This document shows positions 1-12,751 of a stretch of DNA of 64,000 bases, piece by piece. Below the pieces are notes generated by a model. The model had not been told where the DNA came from and made no database searches. It was given only the letters and a program-made list of their open reading frames with translations. Source of the stretch: Sarea resinae (lineage: Eukaryota); NCBI GenBank assembly GCA_026026165.1, contig JAPEUD010000101.1, positions 1-64,000 of the forward strand. The letters run 5' to 3'. Within the stretch, counting starts at the first letter, position 1. Each line of letters begins with the position of its first letter. A program made the translations under genes and the position numbers.

Positions 1-1796
1 CCCCCCCCCACGCTAGGAACTTACGTCTGCTGGCCAGGTGGGCATCGGGAAGGTGCTGCATAGCATGGCTCATACGTAGGTAGGTACGCAACGGGAATGC
101 CATAGTGCCAAAGAAGTCACGAATGAGAAGTGTGCTGCAGAGTGAGCAAGAGACGCTGAAGTGGGCGCGGGCGATGGTGAGATTTGCGATGTGCACGTTA
201 TCGAATGAACCAGCTTCCGGATTGTGCACGCCGGGAGGGTGGCCGTACCGCAGGAGCAAATAAGCATGGGCCAGCCCCTCGCAGGGAAAGAGTGGACTGG
301 ATGGTTCGCAAGGAAAAGATTTTTTCCTCCACCATCATTGCCGTTCCATCATGAATCTGCGATCCCCATGACTCTATATATCTCATGCTAGCATGACAAT
401 CATGACGGTTCGAGAGGGACTCGGGGAGCATGCGCGCTTACGACTACCGATTTGGCCATGGAAATTGAGGGGACCCTCTTCTGACCGGCCAGAGAGACAT
501 CTGAATGGCCTGTGACGGCTGCGATGCCATTACTACAGTATGTATTGCGTACCTAGGGAGCCCGGTAGCATCTAATCGGCAGGGCCAGTACGACTTAGCG
601 CCCCGAGTGTCTCCATCGGCCACCGCCTAATCGCCAGTGGGTTCCGCTTTGTGCAGCCGTCAAGTGGCCCGGCCCCATAATTCTCGGACGGGTTCGTTTC
701 CCCTTGGCCTTCGGTCGCCCGACCTCTGAAGGCTGAAGGGACTTTCACCCTGATCACCGTGGATCCATCTGCCGACGTTGATTCATTTATTTTTGCATCA
801 CGAGTCAGGCTGGTCTGATTTCGGCATTGGGGGCATTTGATGGTTGACAGGGAGATGGAAGGTACCTGAGGTACTGCAGGTATCGTGACCTGAGAGGTCA
901 TAGTGGAGCCTGGTGTGAGTCGGGTTAGGGTACGGAGAGCCTACGTGCGCTACTACTATGAGGTACTCCGAGTCGTTGTCCACGATGATCTTCAATTCTT
1001 CCAGATGATGGGGGGGAGGGGGAACGACCAGGACAGGGCCTCAAGCCAGGTATCTGTCTCCATAATAGTGGGTACTTCCCTGATCCTTTCTTCATTATCA
1101 TCACCCGGGCACGCATTCTTCGAGATGAATTCATTCCTTTTTTTTTTCTCTTTATGATCTTCTTCCCCGACCACATTCCGACCTTGTCATTTTCAAGACC
1201 CTGATCGCATTTCTTCACCCGTCGATGATTTTCCCGGTGCCGATGTCGATCCCCATCCCCCGTGTGCGCGTGTCGTCCGTCCCTGGACGCATGGGAGAAT
1301 GGACAATGCAGCATTCCGTCATGGCGGAAGTGACGGTGTGTGGAATCTCGGCTAATCGAGCCTACGTCATGCGTCGATGTTGCATGCCCTGGAGGTGGAC
1401 GGCCGCCCGGGGATGGATGGACGGATGATGAGGGCGCTGGAGCTGGACTGAACGTCCTTGCCATCTGATTGTTTTCCATTTGACTACCTCAGGTATCTAG
1501 TTCCAGCTGTGTTGTGTGGTGCCGTGCCCGCGCACCTCACTGTTCAAGCCAGCGAAAGTCAACGGGAGTGGCGTACGTACCTTAGCTAGTAGTAGAAAGC
1601 TTCCGTGATGGCAGTGATGTGAGCGAAAGTCCAAGTCGCTGTCATTTCATTGAAGTCAATCGGATGCATCCCGAGGTCGATAGAGAAGCAGAATCAATGG
1701 AAGCGGAGGTGGTGAGCAGGGGCATCCGATCAGATAGGGAGCCATGCGTTTCCCGTTCCTACTATGTATGACGGCCCTGTCCTGCCCTGATCCATC

Positions 1797-2010
1797 GATG
1801 AGTAGGTACGATGAGTAGGTACGATGAGTAGGTACGATGAGTCGAGTACGCTGTACTCCGGAATAAGGTGGTGGACCTTTCCCTTCTCCTATGAACAGCC
1901 CTGCCCCTGTCGGTGACGATGCCATCCATCAAGCGCACCCATCCACTCCATCCACTCCATCCACTCCATCCCATCCATCCCATCCCATCCCATCCCATCC
2001 CAACCATCAT
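1797..2010. repeat. Tandem repeats upstream of the histidine kinase: 13-mer GATGAGTAGGTAC x3 and CCAT/CCACT/CCCAT microsatellites
   Basis: Directly visible at about 1797-1840 and 1938-2000. Confidence 0.85.
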
Positions 2011-2387
2011 CCCCCCTTACGGTGCGGCTGCGGTAGCGGGAAAATACTTCGTCATCGGTAGTCGCCGCCGCGCCCGCCCGCGTAGAAGTACCGGCCATCG
2101 AGGTACTCCCGACAGACCTTAACCTTGGCTCGCCTTGCTTCATCGGGGCTGTCTGCCTTCCATTGTCCTGGCCCTGACCTTCCCTCTTACCTCATACTAC
2201 CTTGCCTTGACCTTGCCGTACGAAGTCCCTCTACCTACTTCAGTAGTAGGCCTTTCTGCCCGCGAACCTTCCTCGACGCGGCACTCTCACTACCTACTTA
2301 CCTTACCTTACCTTACCTACCATACTCCGTAGTACACTCACTACCACGGGCCTACCGGGCGACCACTAATCTGCGACTACGGCGCCA

Positions 2388-2427
2388 AGTACCAGTACCA
2401 GTACCAGTACCAGTACCAGTACCAGTC
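2388..2427. repeat. (GTACCA)n hexamer microsatellite
   Basis: About six perfect copies. Confidence 0.9.
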
Positions 2428-2898
2428 CCATCCAGCACTCGTCCTCTACCGTCACAGCCGTCTGCGTGCGTGAACCCCAAAGTGAGAGAGAGTGAGGTAG
2501 TCCGCACCGGTTGTGGTCGAAAATCAAACTCTCTAAACTTCCAGTTCAACAGATCACCGGCAACCTGCCTCCCAACTGCCTTGAGGTGGTCCGCCCTCCA
2601 CCTGCCGAATCACCGCCATCAATCATCGCCTCTCTCACTTGAGCCGCTCATCTATCGGTCTATCAGCCTCACGTCACCGACCCGACGCATTGACGGCCCA
2701 GACCCCCCCGTTCACATCCTCGTCTTTCTGCTCGTGGCCTGCATCCGTCGTGGCTGGTGACTGGGCAATCCGGACCCGCGTTTGCGACTCGCTACGACTC
2801 AAACGTATGGACGGCCAAACAGACTCCCGTGGCGGGTAGTCGTTCATCGAGATCACGACTCATCCTGGAGTGGCGGAGGAGGGAGGAAAGGGGACGCC

Positions 2899-5800
2899 AT
2901 GGGACCTCCGCCGCCTTCGTCGTCTCCCAAGCCTACGAAATCCACGGCTCGTTCAGAAAGTGGTGTTGCTTCTCAGCCCTTGGACATCCCCCGACCCTAC
3001 ACGCCACCCTCATTTCGCTCGACACAAGACGTGGCAGACGACCACAATGCGACGACTCTCGTCCCAGGACGGCCGACTCGAGCTGCAAAGCCAGCAGTGC
3101 AGAGCACGGCCGGCAATGAAGGCTCAGACACATTGACGAGGGCTTCCGTCGAAGGCGGTTCTCTCACGGCAAATAGAGAGAACGGTAAGGTTGACGAAAT
3201 CGAGAGACTGAGGGAAGCAGTCAACGCAAAACTTCGATTGAGCCAACAGCGCGATCGTTTGGTGAGACAGATGTCGTCTTCATCTCCGGGAAGTCCTCTC
3301 GCGAAGGGCGTCCCTTCAAAGGTCTCTCCGATAATCGAGGAAACCACTGCGCTCCATTCTCCCACACTGGACGCGGCTTTCTCGAGTCCAACAGTATCAG
3401 GACCGCCAACAGCCTCAACCGAGTCTGGACTCACTGTTCGCGACGGGCAAACGCCGGGGGTTCGCCCTGGGCTGACTACTTCTTATCCATTTCCACCGAT
3501 GTCATGGTCTGGAATTTCAAAGGACCCGGGTACGCCACGCCATAAGCCGTTCACGGCATTGTCGCCGACTGTCGCGCCCTTCTCCTTTGGCGGTGGACCT
3601 AACTTTCCGGAATACCAAGACAATCGAGTGATGTCTGGTTCGGCTACTCCAATGTCGACCAAGGCTTTTCTGCCCCCAAATGCTTCGGATGTGAGGAGTT
3701 ATTCGGACTATTCGAGTCCCAATCTCTATGATATCACTCTGACGCTCAATTCGGAGCCCGGCCTTGATTCGTGGTGGACGAACGTCGTGGAAGTCTTGAG
3801 AGACAACTACCAGGCAGATAGAGTCTCGCTCGCGGTGCCAGGTGACAGCACCGACCCAGAGAATGTTCCGTGGGGCCAGAAAGCGACGTTCAATGTAATC
3901 GAAGAAGACCATCTCAGCCTGGCGTATCTGTCCCCAACGATTCAAAGGAGCGATCAGATGGAGGATGCCTCTGAGGCCGTGTTGGAGAAGATGGAGGGCA
4001 TCGATGAACTATTACCATCTTCTCGACGAGCCAGTCGGCCGAACCTCGAATCTCGACATTCGTTCTCGGCCTTCGACAACCGAGAAAATGAGGCACCCAA
4101 CGAGTCCGCACAGGTGCAAGGAGCGAGATTTGCAAGACCGGGCTTAGGCCGGACTATCAGTCACACCGCACCGACTGCAAAAGATCCGCGACGCGTCGGG
4201 GAATTTCTTGGAGCTGAGCTCAAGTCCGATGCGCTTAGGGAATATAATACTCAGCAAAGGGTACAGCAGGCCGCCCAGCAACTTGCCGACATCCATAATC
4301 CGGTGGCTCGTCAACCGCGTGGTCGAGTCTTCTCCGTGCTACAACCATTGTTCTTTGAAGCTGATCCTCTGATTGATATCGGCGGTGTGTCCAGGGTCAT
4401 CGAGCGGGGGAAGATGGTTGTGCTCTCTAGAGAGTATCCGGACGCTTCTCAACCAGGAAGCGATAACACACCTGGGTCTGAGTCGGAGAAGAGGAAGTCA
4501 AATTTGGCTAGGTGGGGCGAAGCGCCTGACATGCGTACCCCCAAGACTACTTCCAAGGCTGGACTCAGCTCTAGTACGGACCAGGAGGAAGCCTCTATGG
4601 CGACGCTACACTTACCGGCCTCAAGTTTTCCTTCGTCAATTGGCCAGCGTATACCGAATCGGCCTAGTGAGGGCTTGAGGGGCTATCCCTTCAAGGGCGC
4701 CGACGGTCCTCATCCGACATCCGTTCAGCCTTTGCTTTACGAAGAATTCGAACAGATTCCTGCTTCTCCTTGGTCGCAGTCGCCTGCCCCTTCACCAGCT
4801 GTTCGCCCCGATCCAGAAGAAAACCCCTTTTTCGCGTCTGCAAAAGCCGAAGAGCAGTCATTCAACCCGTCCGCCAGTCCGCAAGATTATACGAGCAACC
4901 CGCGAGTCGAAGCGATTGGGGTTGACACAGCAAGTACAATAATTCACATTCCTTTGATACATCCCTTGTTATCAAAGCCCTTACATATGTCTGGAGCCCA
5001 GACACCTTCAGACAAGGCACATCAGGGAGCAGAATATTCACGACCAGGCGATCGGTTCAGGGAACACCCTTTTGGCATGGCGCCCGAGAAGAAAATTCCA
5101 ATTGCTATCATCTCCGTCATGTCGCCCGTCATACCGTACCCATCAAATCTCTATCGATCTCTTGAATATTTGTCCCCCCATCTCGCTACTTCTTTCTCGC
5201 AGGCTCGGCATATGTCGAATTTGCAGAGCGAAGCCGCAGGTTTGGCACGTCGTCGCCCGCATGGTCCTTCTAACAGCCTCGGTTTCGGGGCAGTCATCCA
5301 GGACTCGAAGCCTCTGGAGGAACTAGCGAACCTTGATCAAGTTCTCCTGCGATCGAGTTCCGATGAGATCGCCGGTGGCTCCAATAATGGCAGCGTCACT
5401 AGCCCCAGCGAATACTCCGGAATCTCGAAAAGCAGCCCCCCGGGCTCGGCAGCAGGTACCCCAGGATGGGAGTTCTCTCAACTTGGAATGCCGACCGAAC
5501 AGCGTTCGAGCGGGAGCACTCCTGGCTTTCCTTCCACGTCCGAGCCGGTCGATAGCTACTTCAGTGCTAAACAGAGACACAGCTTGCATAAATCAAGCAA
5601 TGGAACGACGTCTGTGCACGTCGCCACTAGTCCAAAGCCGACGGAGCATATCCCTGTTCCTACCGCTGCTGAGTTGCGCGCGTCAAAGAAGGAGTCTGTT
5701 GCAAAATTGGGAACTGGCCAGACAAAAGAGCGCCACTCCCCACAAGGTAACGGAAAAGAATCTCCGAAGGAAAGCAGTTCATCGGGTCGAACATCCGTGC

Positions 5801-8800
5801 GAAATTCTAGTCCCTCTCGGGGGCATGGCGAACATGCCAATTCGCACCGAAAGAGAGCTTCAGGGAGTAACACCCAGAAAGGGGAGAGGCCTCATTCTCT
5901 CTTACATTCTTATGGTGCCGACTTCAACGCAACCTATCAGTCTTTGCCTGCTGCTACCGCTTCTCGACCCCGGGCTACTGTCCGTGACAAAACCCACTCT
6001 CGGAGCAACTCCGCATCATCGCCTACAGACCAATCCAACATGCCTCCTCCATCGGAACGTCTATTGCGTACGATAATTGATTCCATACCTGTGCAAATAT
6101 TCACTGCTGCGCCAAGGACTGGTGCGATAACATGGGTAAACTCGAAATTCCTCACGTACAGAGGTCAAACAGTCGAACAATTTGCAAAAGACCCCTGGCA
6201 ATCGATCCATCCCGAGGAACGCGAAGAGTATCTAAGGATGTGGTCTCAAGCACTTGGCAGTGGGCAGGACTTTTCCCATCAAGTTCGTATCTGTAGATTT
6301 GACGGTACCTATCGCTGGTTCTACGTTCGAGCGGCACCTTTAAGGGACACTCGCGGCATCACAGTGCATTGGTGTGGGACGTACATGGATATTCATGAAC
6401 AACATGTTGCAGAGGTCAACGCTGCCCGGCAGAAGGAGACAGCGGCGTCCGAAGCAAAGTACCGGGCGTTGGCGAATTCAAGTCCTCAGATTGTCTTCGC
6501 AGCGACACGGACGGCTGGAATAACCTTTGCCAACACTCAATGGGTCTCCTACTCCGGACAACCGTATGAGGAGGCTCTCGGTCTCGGATTTATGGCATAT
6601 GTTCATCCAGAGGATATTGTGAAGTGCAAATTACCCAGTTTTATCGACTCGGACTCGAAGTCTCCTGATGTGCCAATCAGTTTGCCAGCTCGCCCACGCC
6701 GGAAACAGTCATCAGCCCCCTCAACTGAAGCCTCAGAGTCTACAGCTGGATCAGACAAGACGATTCAACCTCCAGCGTTGAAACGCATGAATACTCATTC
6801 CAGTGAATTTTCTGGAATGGATCTGCCAGTCACAGAGCTCTCCGAGTTAGCAAGGACAGGCATTCTTAAGGTGTCGAAGAGTAGTAGTGGCAAACCATCT
6901 TATTCTACAGAGGTTCGACTAAGATCGAGGGAGGGTGAGTACCGGTGGCATCTTGTGCGGTGCTTGGCCGTGCAGTCCATAGACCCGGGATCCAGCGAAG
7001 AATCATGGTTCGGAACGTGCACAGATATCAACGATCACAAGCTCCTCGAGCACAAACTCAAGGAAACTATGGACTCAAAGACACGGTTTTTGAGCAATAT
7101 GTCGCATGAAATTCGAACACCTCTGAATGGAATCTCCGGGATGGTCAATTTCCTTCTTGACACTCCTCTTACGGACGAACAAATGGACTCTGTCAATATT
7201 GTGAGAACCAGTTGCGAAAATCTCGGCTACTTGATCAACGATATATTGGATCTTTCAAAGGTTGAGGCGGGCATGGTCAAGCTTTCGTTTGAGCCATTCT
7301 ACGTCCGGTCAGTCATTGAGGAGGTCAACGATCTTATATCGGCACTCGCTATCAAGAAACGCCTTGAGCTCAACTATGTCGTCGATGAGGATGTTCCAGC
7401 ACGAGTCCGGGGTGACAGGATCAGGATTCGTCAGGTCCTTCTTAATATCATCGGAAACGCCATTAAATTCACGTCAGAAGGAGAAGTTTTTCTACATTGC
7501 AAAGTCTATCGGAATGACGAGACGACCGTCCAAGAAGATGAAGTTGCGATTTCGTTCGAGATCGAGGATACCGGTAGTGGTTTCACAGAACAGGAAGCCG
7601 AACTGCTGTTCAAGCCCTTTAGCCAGATCGATGGCAGCAGCACACGGCAGCACGGAGGGAGCGGCCTAGGCTTGGTAATCTCTCGACAACTTGTCGAGTT
7701 GCATGGCGGGAAGATGAGAGCGACAAGCGTGCCCGGACGGGGATCAACATTCACATTCTATGTGAAATTCTCCATGACGTCGCCTGACTTGCAGCGAAAC
7801 GACTCTGCTGAGTCTCATGCAAATGTGGTTCCTTCTGACCATGGGTCGTCTGCGGCCAGCCCTAGCACGAGCTTGCCACCAGTCGCAGACAAGAACATCT
7901 TCAGTCCCATCCTTGCAAAGCCTTTAACTCAGTCACCGTCACCGATAGGCCAGCCCATCGATCCTGGCCACGACTCACCCGCGATGCAATCGTCTGGGAG
8001 TTCTGACCCCTCGATTCGCTCTTTCCAAAGCCTACGTTCCGAGAGATCCTCTGCATCTTCAGTCTTTCCTGGCCTAGGAGCAGCTTTTTTGGAAAACGCC
8101 CATCCTTTGAAGCTTGCTCTTCCTCCTCTCCACGAGCGCAATGCCCCTTCACCACCTCGAAGTGCCACTCCTTCAGGATCACTTCCGCTGCCTCCACCGC
8201 CGATGTATTCGGTGCTTGTTGTCTGCCCCTTGGACCACAGTCGTAGCGCTACAGTCAAGCACTTAGAGCAGACTCTGCCAGAGGAGATTCCCCATCAAAT
8301 TACTGCGCAGGCTGACGTTGAGGAAAGCCTTACGATGCTCGCGGGTGATGACCCTGTTGTCTTCACACATATCGTACTTAACCTTCGGGAATCAGAGGAT
8401 ATAATTGCTTTCCTAGACGAAGTCATCGGCTCTCCTTCTTTCAGTCGCACATCTATGATAATCACATCAGACTCGGTTCAGAAGCGGGAGATCCTTAGAT
8501 TGGCGCCAAAGTACGATTTCGATAGACTTGTCAAAGATCGCCGAGTCCTTTTCATCTTCAAGCCTCTAAAGCCCTCCAAGTTCGCCGATATCTTCGATCC
8601 GTATAAGGTGAGAAATCTAAGCATGGATCGCAATCGCGACAGTGCGCAGCAAGTTGCGGAAAGTCAAAAACAGATATTCGCAAAGATGGAGGATATCATT
8701 GGCAACCGGGGACATCGAATTCTCCTTGTCGAGGACAACGAGATCAATCAGAAGGTACGATCGTAGTGGTAATCTAAAATCATTGAGGCTGACATAGACT

Positions 8801-9240
8801 CCGCAGGTCATCCAGAAATTCTTCCGGAAACTCTCCGTCGAGATGGAGACGGTATATGATGGAGTTCAGTGTACGCGAAAAGTTTTCGATCATGGCCACG
8901 ACTATTACTCGGTGATTGTGGTAAGTGGAGTGCGCAATGGTCAAGCTAGAAACCTTCAGCTAATCGTGATTAGTGCGATCTTCACATGCCCAACAAGGAT
9001 GGTTACGAGACTTGTCGCGAAATCCGGGGATGGGAGCGCCAAAACAACTACGTCGAGAATGATCTCATCCCCATCATCGCCCTTTCTGCAAATGTCATGT
9101 CCGATGTGGTCGACAAATGCGTGGCGGCAGGATTCAATGATTATGTGGCGAAGCCGGTGAACTTCATGGAATTAAGCAGAGCCTTGACAAATCTTCTGGA
9201 TCCGACCAAACCTCATGAATTAATGCGGCATCGTTCTTAG
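2899..9240 (+). CDS. Hybrid sensor histidine kinase (PAS-PAS-HisKA-HATPase-receiver), likely the fungal group V / PhkB-like class; exons 2899-8754, 8807-8920, 8974-9240
   Basis: H-box FLSNMSHEIRTPLNGI, N-box QVLLNIIGNAIKFT, G boxes DTGSG and GGSGLGL, two PAS/PAC segments (IHPEERE...GTYRWF; VHPED...GEYRWHL). The receiver RILLVEDNEINQK|VIQKFF...|CDLHMPNKDG...PIIALSAN...YVAKP is joined by GT-AG introns 8755-8806 and 8921-8973. First in-frame ATG is at 2899. Confidence 0.93.
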
Positions 9241-10327
9241 CGTGGCATGGATGCATGGAAAGCGGGGAGGCTATCTGAAGCCTCCTGTAGTGCAAAGGGG
9301 CGATTCATTCTTGGGGGTCTGCGGGTGACGGCGAGCGGGTGGGTCCAAATAGTGCACACTGCACGCACTGCATCAGCGTCTGGCGAAATGGTTCTACTTT
9401 CTCCCCCCCCCCTATCTTTTTCCTTTCCTGCAAAGTCAGGCGTTTTGTGCTGTGGACATTTGTACACATATCTTTTCTCTTTCCCTCCTTCCATCACCCC
9501 CATACCCCACCCCTCTAGCTGGTGATAATACGTTTTGCATGGTAGCGGTGGAAAGCGCATTTGAGTGAGCGAGCGAGCGAGCGAGCGGGTCCTCATTGTA
9601 TCATAATATCCTTCTCTCGCGCAAACCCGCTCGACTTGGCTTTGTTTCAAGGAGGCTGCGGAGTCGGTTCGTTCTTCATTAGCAGAGATCAGCGTATCTG
9701 ATGGCGCCTAGTTCAGTGAATCCAGTCTGACATCTTGATCGGTGACCTTGAAGTGAGCGATCTGGCTGGCTGTCAGGATAGCGGGCCTGGCTGGATGGCG
9801 GCGCGTAAATACAACTAAGGTAAGTGCAGCGAGAGGGAGGGACCGCTCGAACTGAGTGGGTGAACGAAGCCCTCGGATCCCCTCCCTCGACTGATTCGCG
9901 CGCCCCACGTTGTTTATTTGTCCACGTTGTTGTCTGGACCGAAGGTGTCATGTACGGAACCCAGCTGGCACGCACGAAGAGCTCTGCCCATTGAGCATCG
10001 TAACGACGTTGGAACCATGACATGATTCCTCTTGGACTTGAAGACATTACTGTTTGTGCTGCTTTTACGACGTCGAGATTTGGGTTGGTCTGGTCTGGCT
10101 GGCGTTGCTTGGCCGAGGCGTCTTACTCGCTTCTGGGCGTCCACGACCAGGAAATACCACATTGGGGACTGAGGTTGTTCAAGCACTCCCGTTTCCAGGG
10201 GCGAACTCAATCTGTCCACGACGGCGCATCGAGCAACAAGCTATTCGGATCAGGAGCTGGTCGGTCCTTCTCTCGCTCTGGATCTATCGCTCTGGATCTA
10301 TCGCTCACCCGGCGTTCAGACTGAAGC

Positions 10328-11772
10328 ATGGCATTCTTGTTTGGGCGCAACCGGCAAAAGTCCGCATCCGACCTTGCCAGGACAACAAAAGCATTGATCC
10401 CAGAAGATGGAACGATCTCGCCCAAGGCATGACTTCCTGAACCTACGCTGCTATGCTACACAACTAACGTCTTGCCAAGGCGGAAGAAGAGCTCGTCAAG
10501 AATCTGGCACAGATGAAATTGTTGCTACAAGGCACTCCCGGTGAGTCTGGATTCCTGCCCCGAGCGTATGCATCTGCAACGTTGGGAACAGCGGCTGATC
10601 CAAATGCCCTGGCATCAGACACCGACAGCAATCCCGAGCAGGTCAACCAGCTCGTAACCTCCGCATTGCAGGAAGATCTTCTATTGTCTCTTGCCAAGTA
10701 TCTACGAAGACTACCGTTTGAATCACGCAAAGACTGCCAGGTCATATTCTCCTACGTCCTTCGATTCAACCCTCCAAATAGCAACTCAAATGAGCCGATT
10801 GCTCTTCGTCACGTCATCAACAACAAACCGGAGGTTATCACAGAGTTATGCAAAGGCTACCAGAGGAACGGACCGGGTGAGAGCTCGAGCGCGATAGCGA
10901 GCGGGACCGTCCTGAGAGAAGTCTTGAAGCACGACGCCATTGCCGCCATCATCTTGTACGATGAACCCGAAGCGGGCGGAAGGGCCCGGCGTTTGACGAA
11001 TATCGATCCAGAGGTTCCACAAACAGGAAACGGTGTGTTTTGGCGATTTTTCGATTACATAGATAAGGGCACGTTCGAAGTCAGCGCGGATGCATTCACG
11101 ACATTCAGAGTAGGCACCCTCACTTCTGCTATGGACTGCGATCGCAAGGTCACGAAGCTAAACTCGCTCAGGAAATCCTGACCAAACACAAGTCGCTCGT
11201 CTCTCAATATCTCTCGACCAACTTCGATCTCTTTTTCTCAAGATACAACACCATCCTGGTCCAATCGAACAGCTACGTCACGAAAAGACAGTCGATAAAG
11301 CTGTTAGGGGAGATACTCCTCGACCGCGCGAATTATCAGGTCATGACTGCCTACGTCGACCGAGGCGAGCATCTCAAGCTGATCATGAACCTGCTCAGGG
11401 ATGACCGTAAGATGGTTCAGTACGAGAGCTTCCACGTCTTCAAGGTATATCTTCATCCACCCAGCCCATATTACGTTGAGGCGATCCTAGCAGCTAACAA
11501 AATCCCTCGGAAAGGTCTTCGTCGCAAATCCCAACAAATCCGTCGCCGTCCAACGAATTCTCATCAACAACCGAGACCGCCTCTTGCGCTTTCTACCCAA
11601 GTTCCTGGAAGACCGAACAGAGGACGATCAATTTACGGACGAAAAGAGCTTCTTGATCCGACAGATTGAAAACCTGCCGTCTGTGCCCATCGACAAGAGC
11701 ACCAGCAGCAACAGCAATCCGGTTGAGACCAATGGGGTCGTCTCTGGCACCGCTGTTCCGCAAAGAGGCTAG
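10328..11772 (+). CDS. hymA: HymA/Mo25 (CAB39) family scaffold; exons 10328-10426, 10480-10540, 10619-11109, 11172-11444, 11515-11772
   Basis: Spliced protein has LPFESRKDCQVIFS, FEVSADAFTTFREILTKHK, SNSYVTKRQSIKLLGEILLDRANY and YESFHVFKVFVANP, all Mo25 hallmarks. Intron 1 requires a GC donor. Confidence 0.93.
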
Positions 11773-12751
11773 TCCTTCGACTCAATGTGTGTGTATCGAA
11801 CGCGAAGACCTTTATGGACAAACAGTGCGGACAGAGAGCTTTTTGTGTCTCCTTTCATTTATTGATTTGTTTGGGGCGACATGGAAGGCGAAGACCACCG
11901 AATCTACGATTTCACGAACGAACCGCGGGGCCTCGGATAGGGTCCAAGTATAGCTGTTTACAAGAACAAACCTGCATTTTCCTGGAGCGTTGGCGTCTTT
12001 GTTTGTTTTCTTGCCCTCTCATAAACGAGTGATTTACGGGTTTTGTTCCCTGATCGTTTGGCCGATGGATGGATTGTTTGATCGATCGAAATTTGAGGCA
12101 AATGGAAAGGGAGGCGCCAAATCAAGGGCATTGGCAGGAAAAAGCCGAAATATCAAGTGCATCATTCATGCAGTACATTCGCATTCGTGTTTACAGCCCC
12201 TTCGTCTCATCAGCTTTTACTATCATCATCATCGTCATCCTTTTGGCTTCTCTTTTTCGTCTCCTGCAGTTCTAGTCAGGTACGCATGGGCGGGCAGGTC
12301 ATGGGCATCTCTCCTTTTGCCCGTATCTCGTCTCGTCTCTCTCGCCGGCGTTTTGTTTGCTGGGCTTGCTCGTGTGTGTGCGTGTATGTGTGGGTTACTG
12401 GATTACTGGATTACCAGGATGGACATTTCTATCTATCTGTGTTGTCATGTGCTGTGATGTGAAGCATAACGAAGATAGCTTACCCATAGCCATAACCATA
12501 GCCATAGCCACGTGAATAAAAGAATGGAAAGAAAGAAAGAAAGGAAGTTTTGTCTTGGTGTCTTGGTGTTTTGGTGATCTGTTTTGGTATCCCTCTATCG
12601 CAATACGCTCTTCCAGCACAGGGCCGGAATATGCCGTATCTTGGCTCGCCTGCCTTTGGACACTAATGGACGTGGATTTGTTATGGCAACCGCCTGGCAG
12701 TCGTAGACTCATCTGCTCCAGAACTCTTCAACCGCAGGCACTTCTCAATGA

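Noticed and set aside
1797..1840. Regular 13-mer repeats as a CRISPR-like array
   Set aside because: No spacers; eukaryotic context.
70..2760. ORFs upstream of the kinase (e.g. 925-1479, 572-901, 2125-2760)
   Set aside because: Built largely from simple repeats or lacking recognisable motifs; no coherent exon structure found.
2782..2898. TTG-initiated N-terminal extension of the kinase
   Set aside because: Alternative start chosen by the ORF finder; no evidence for non-AUG initiation.
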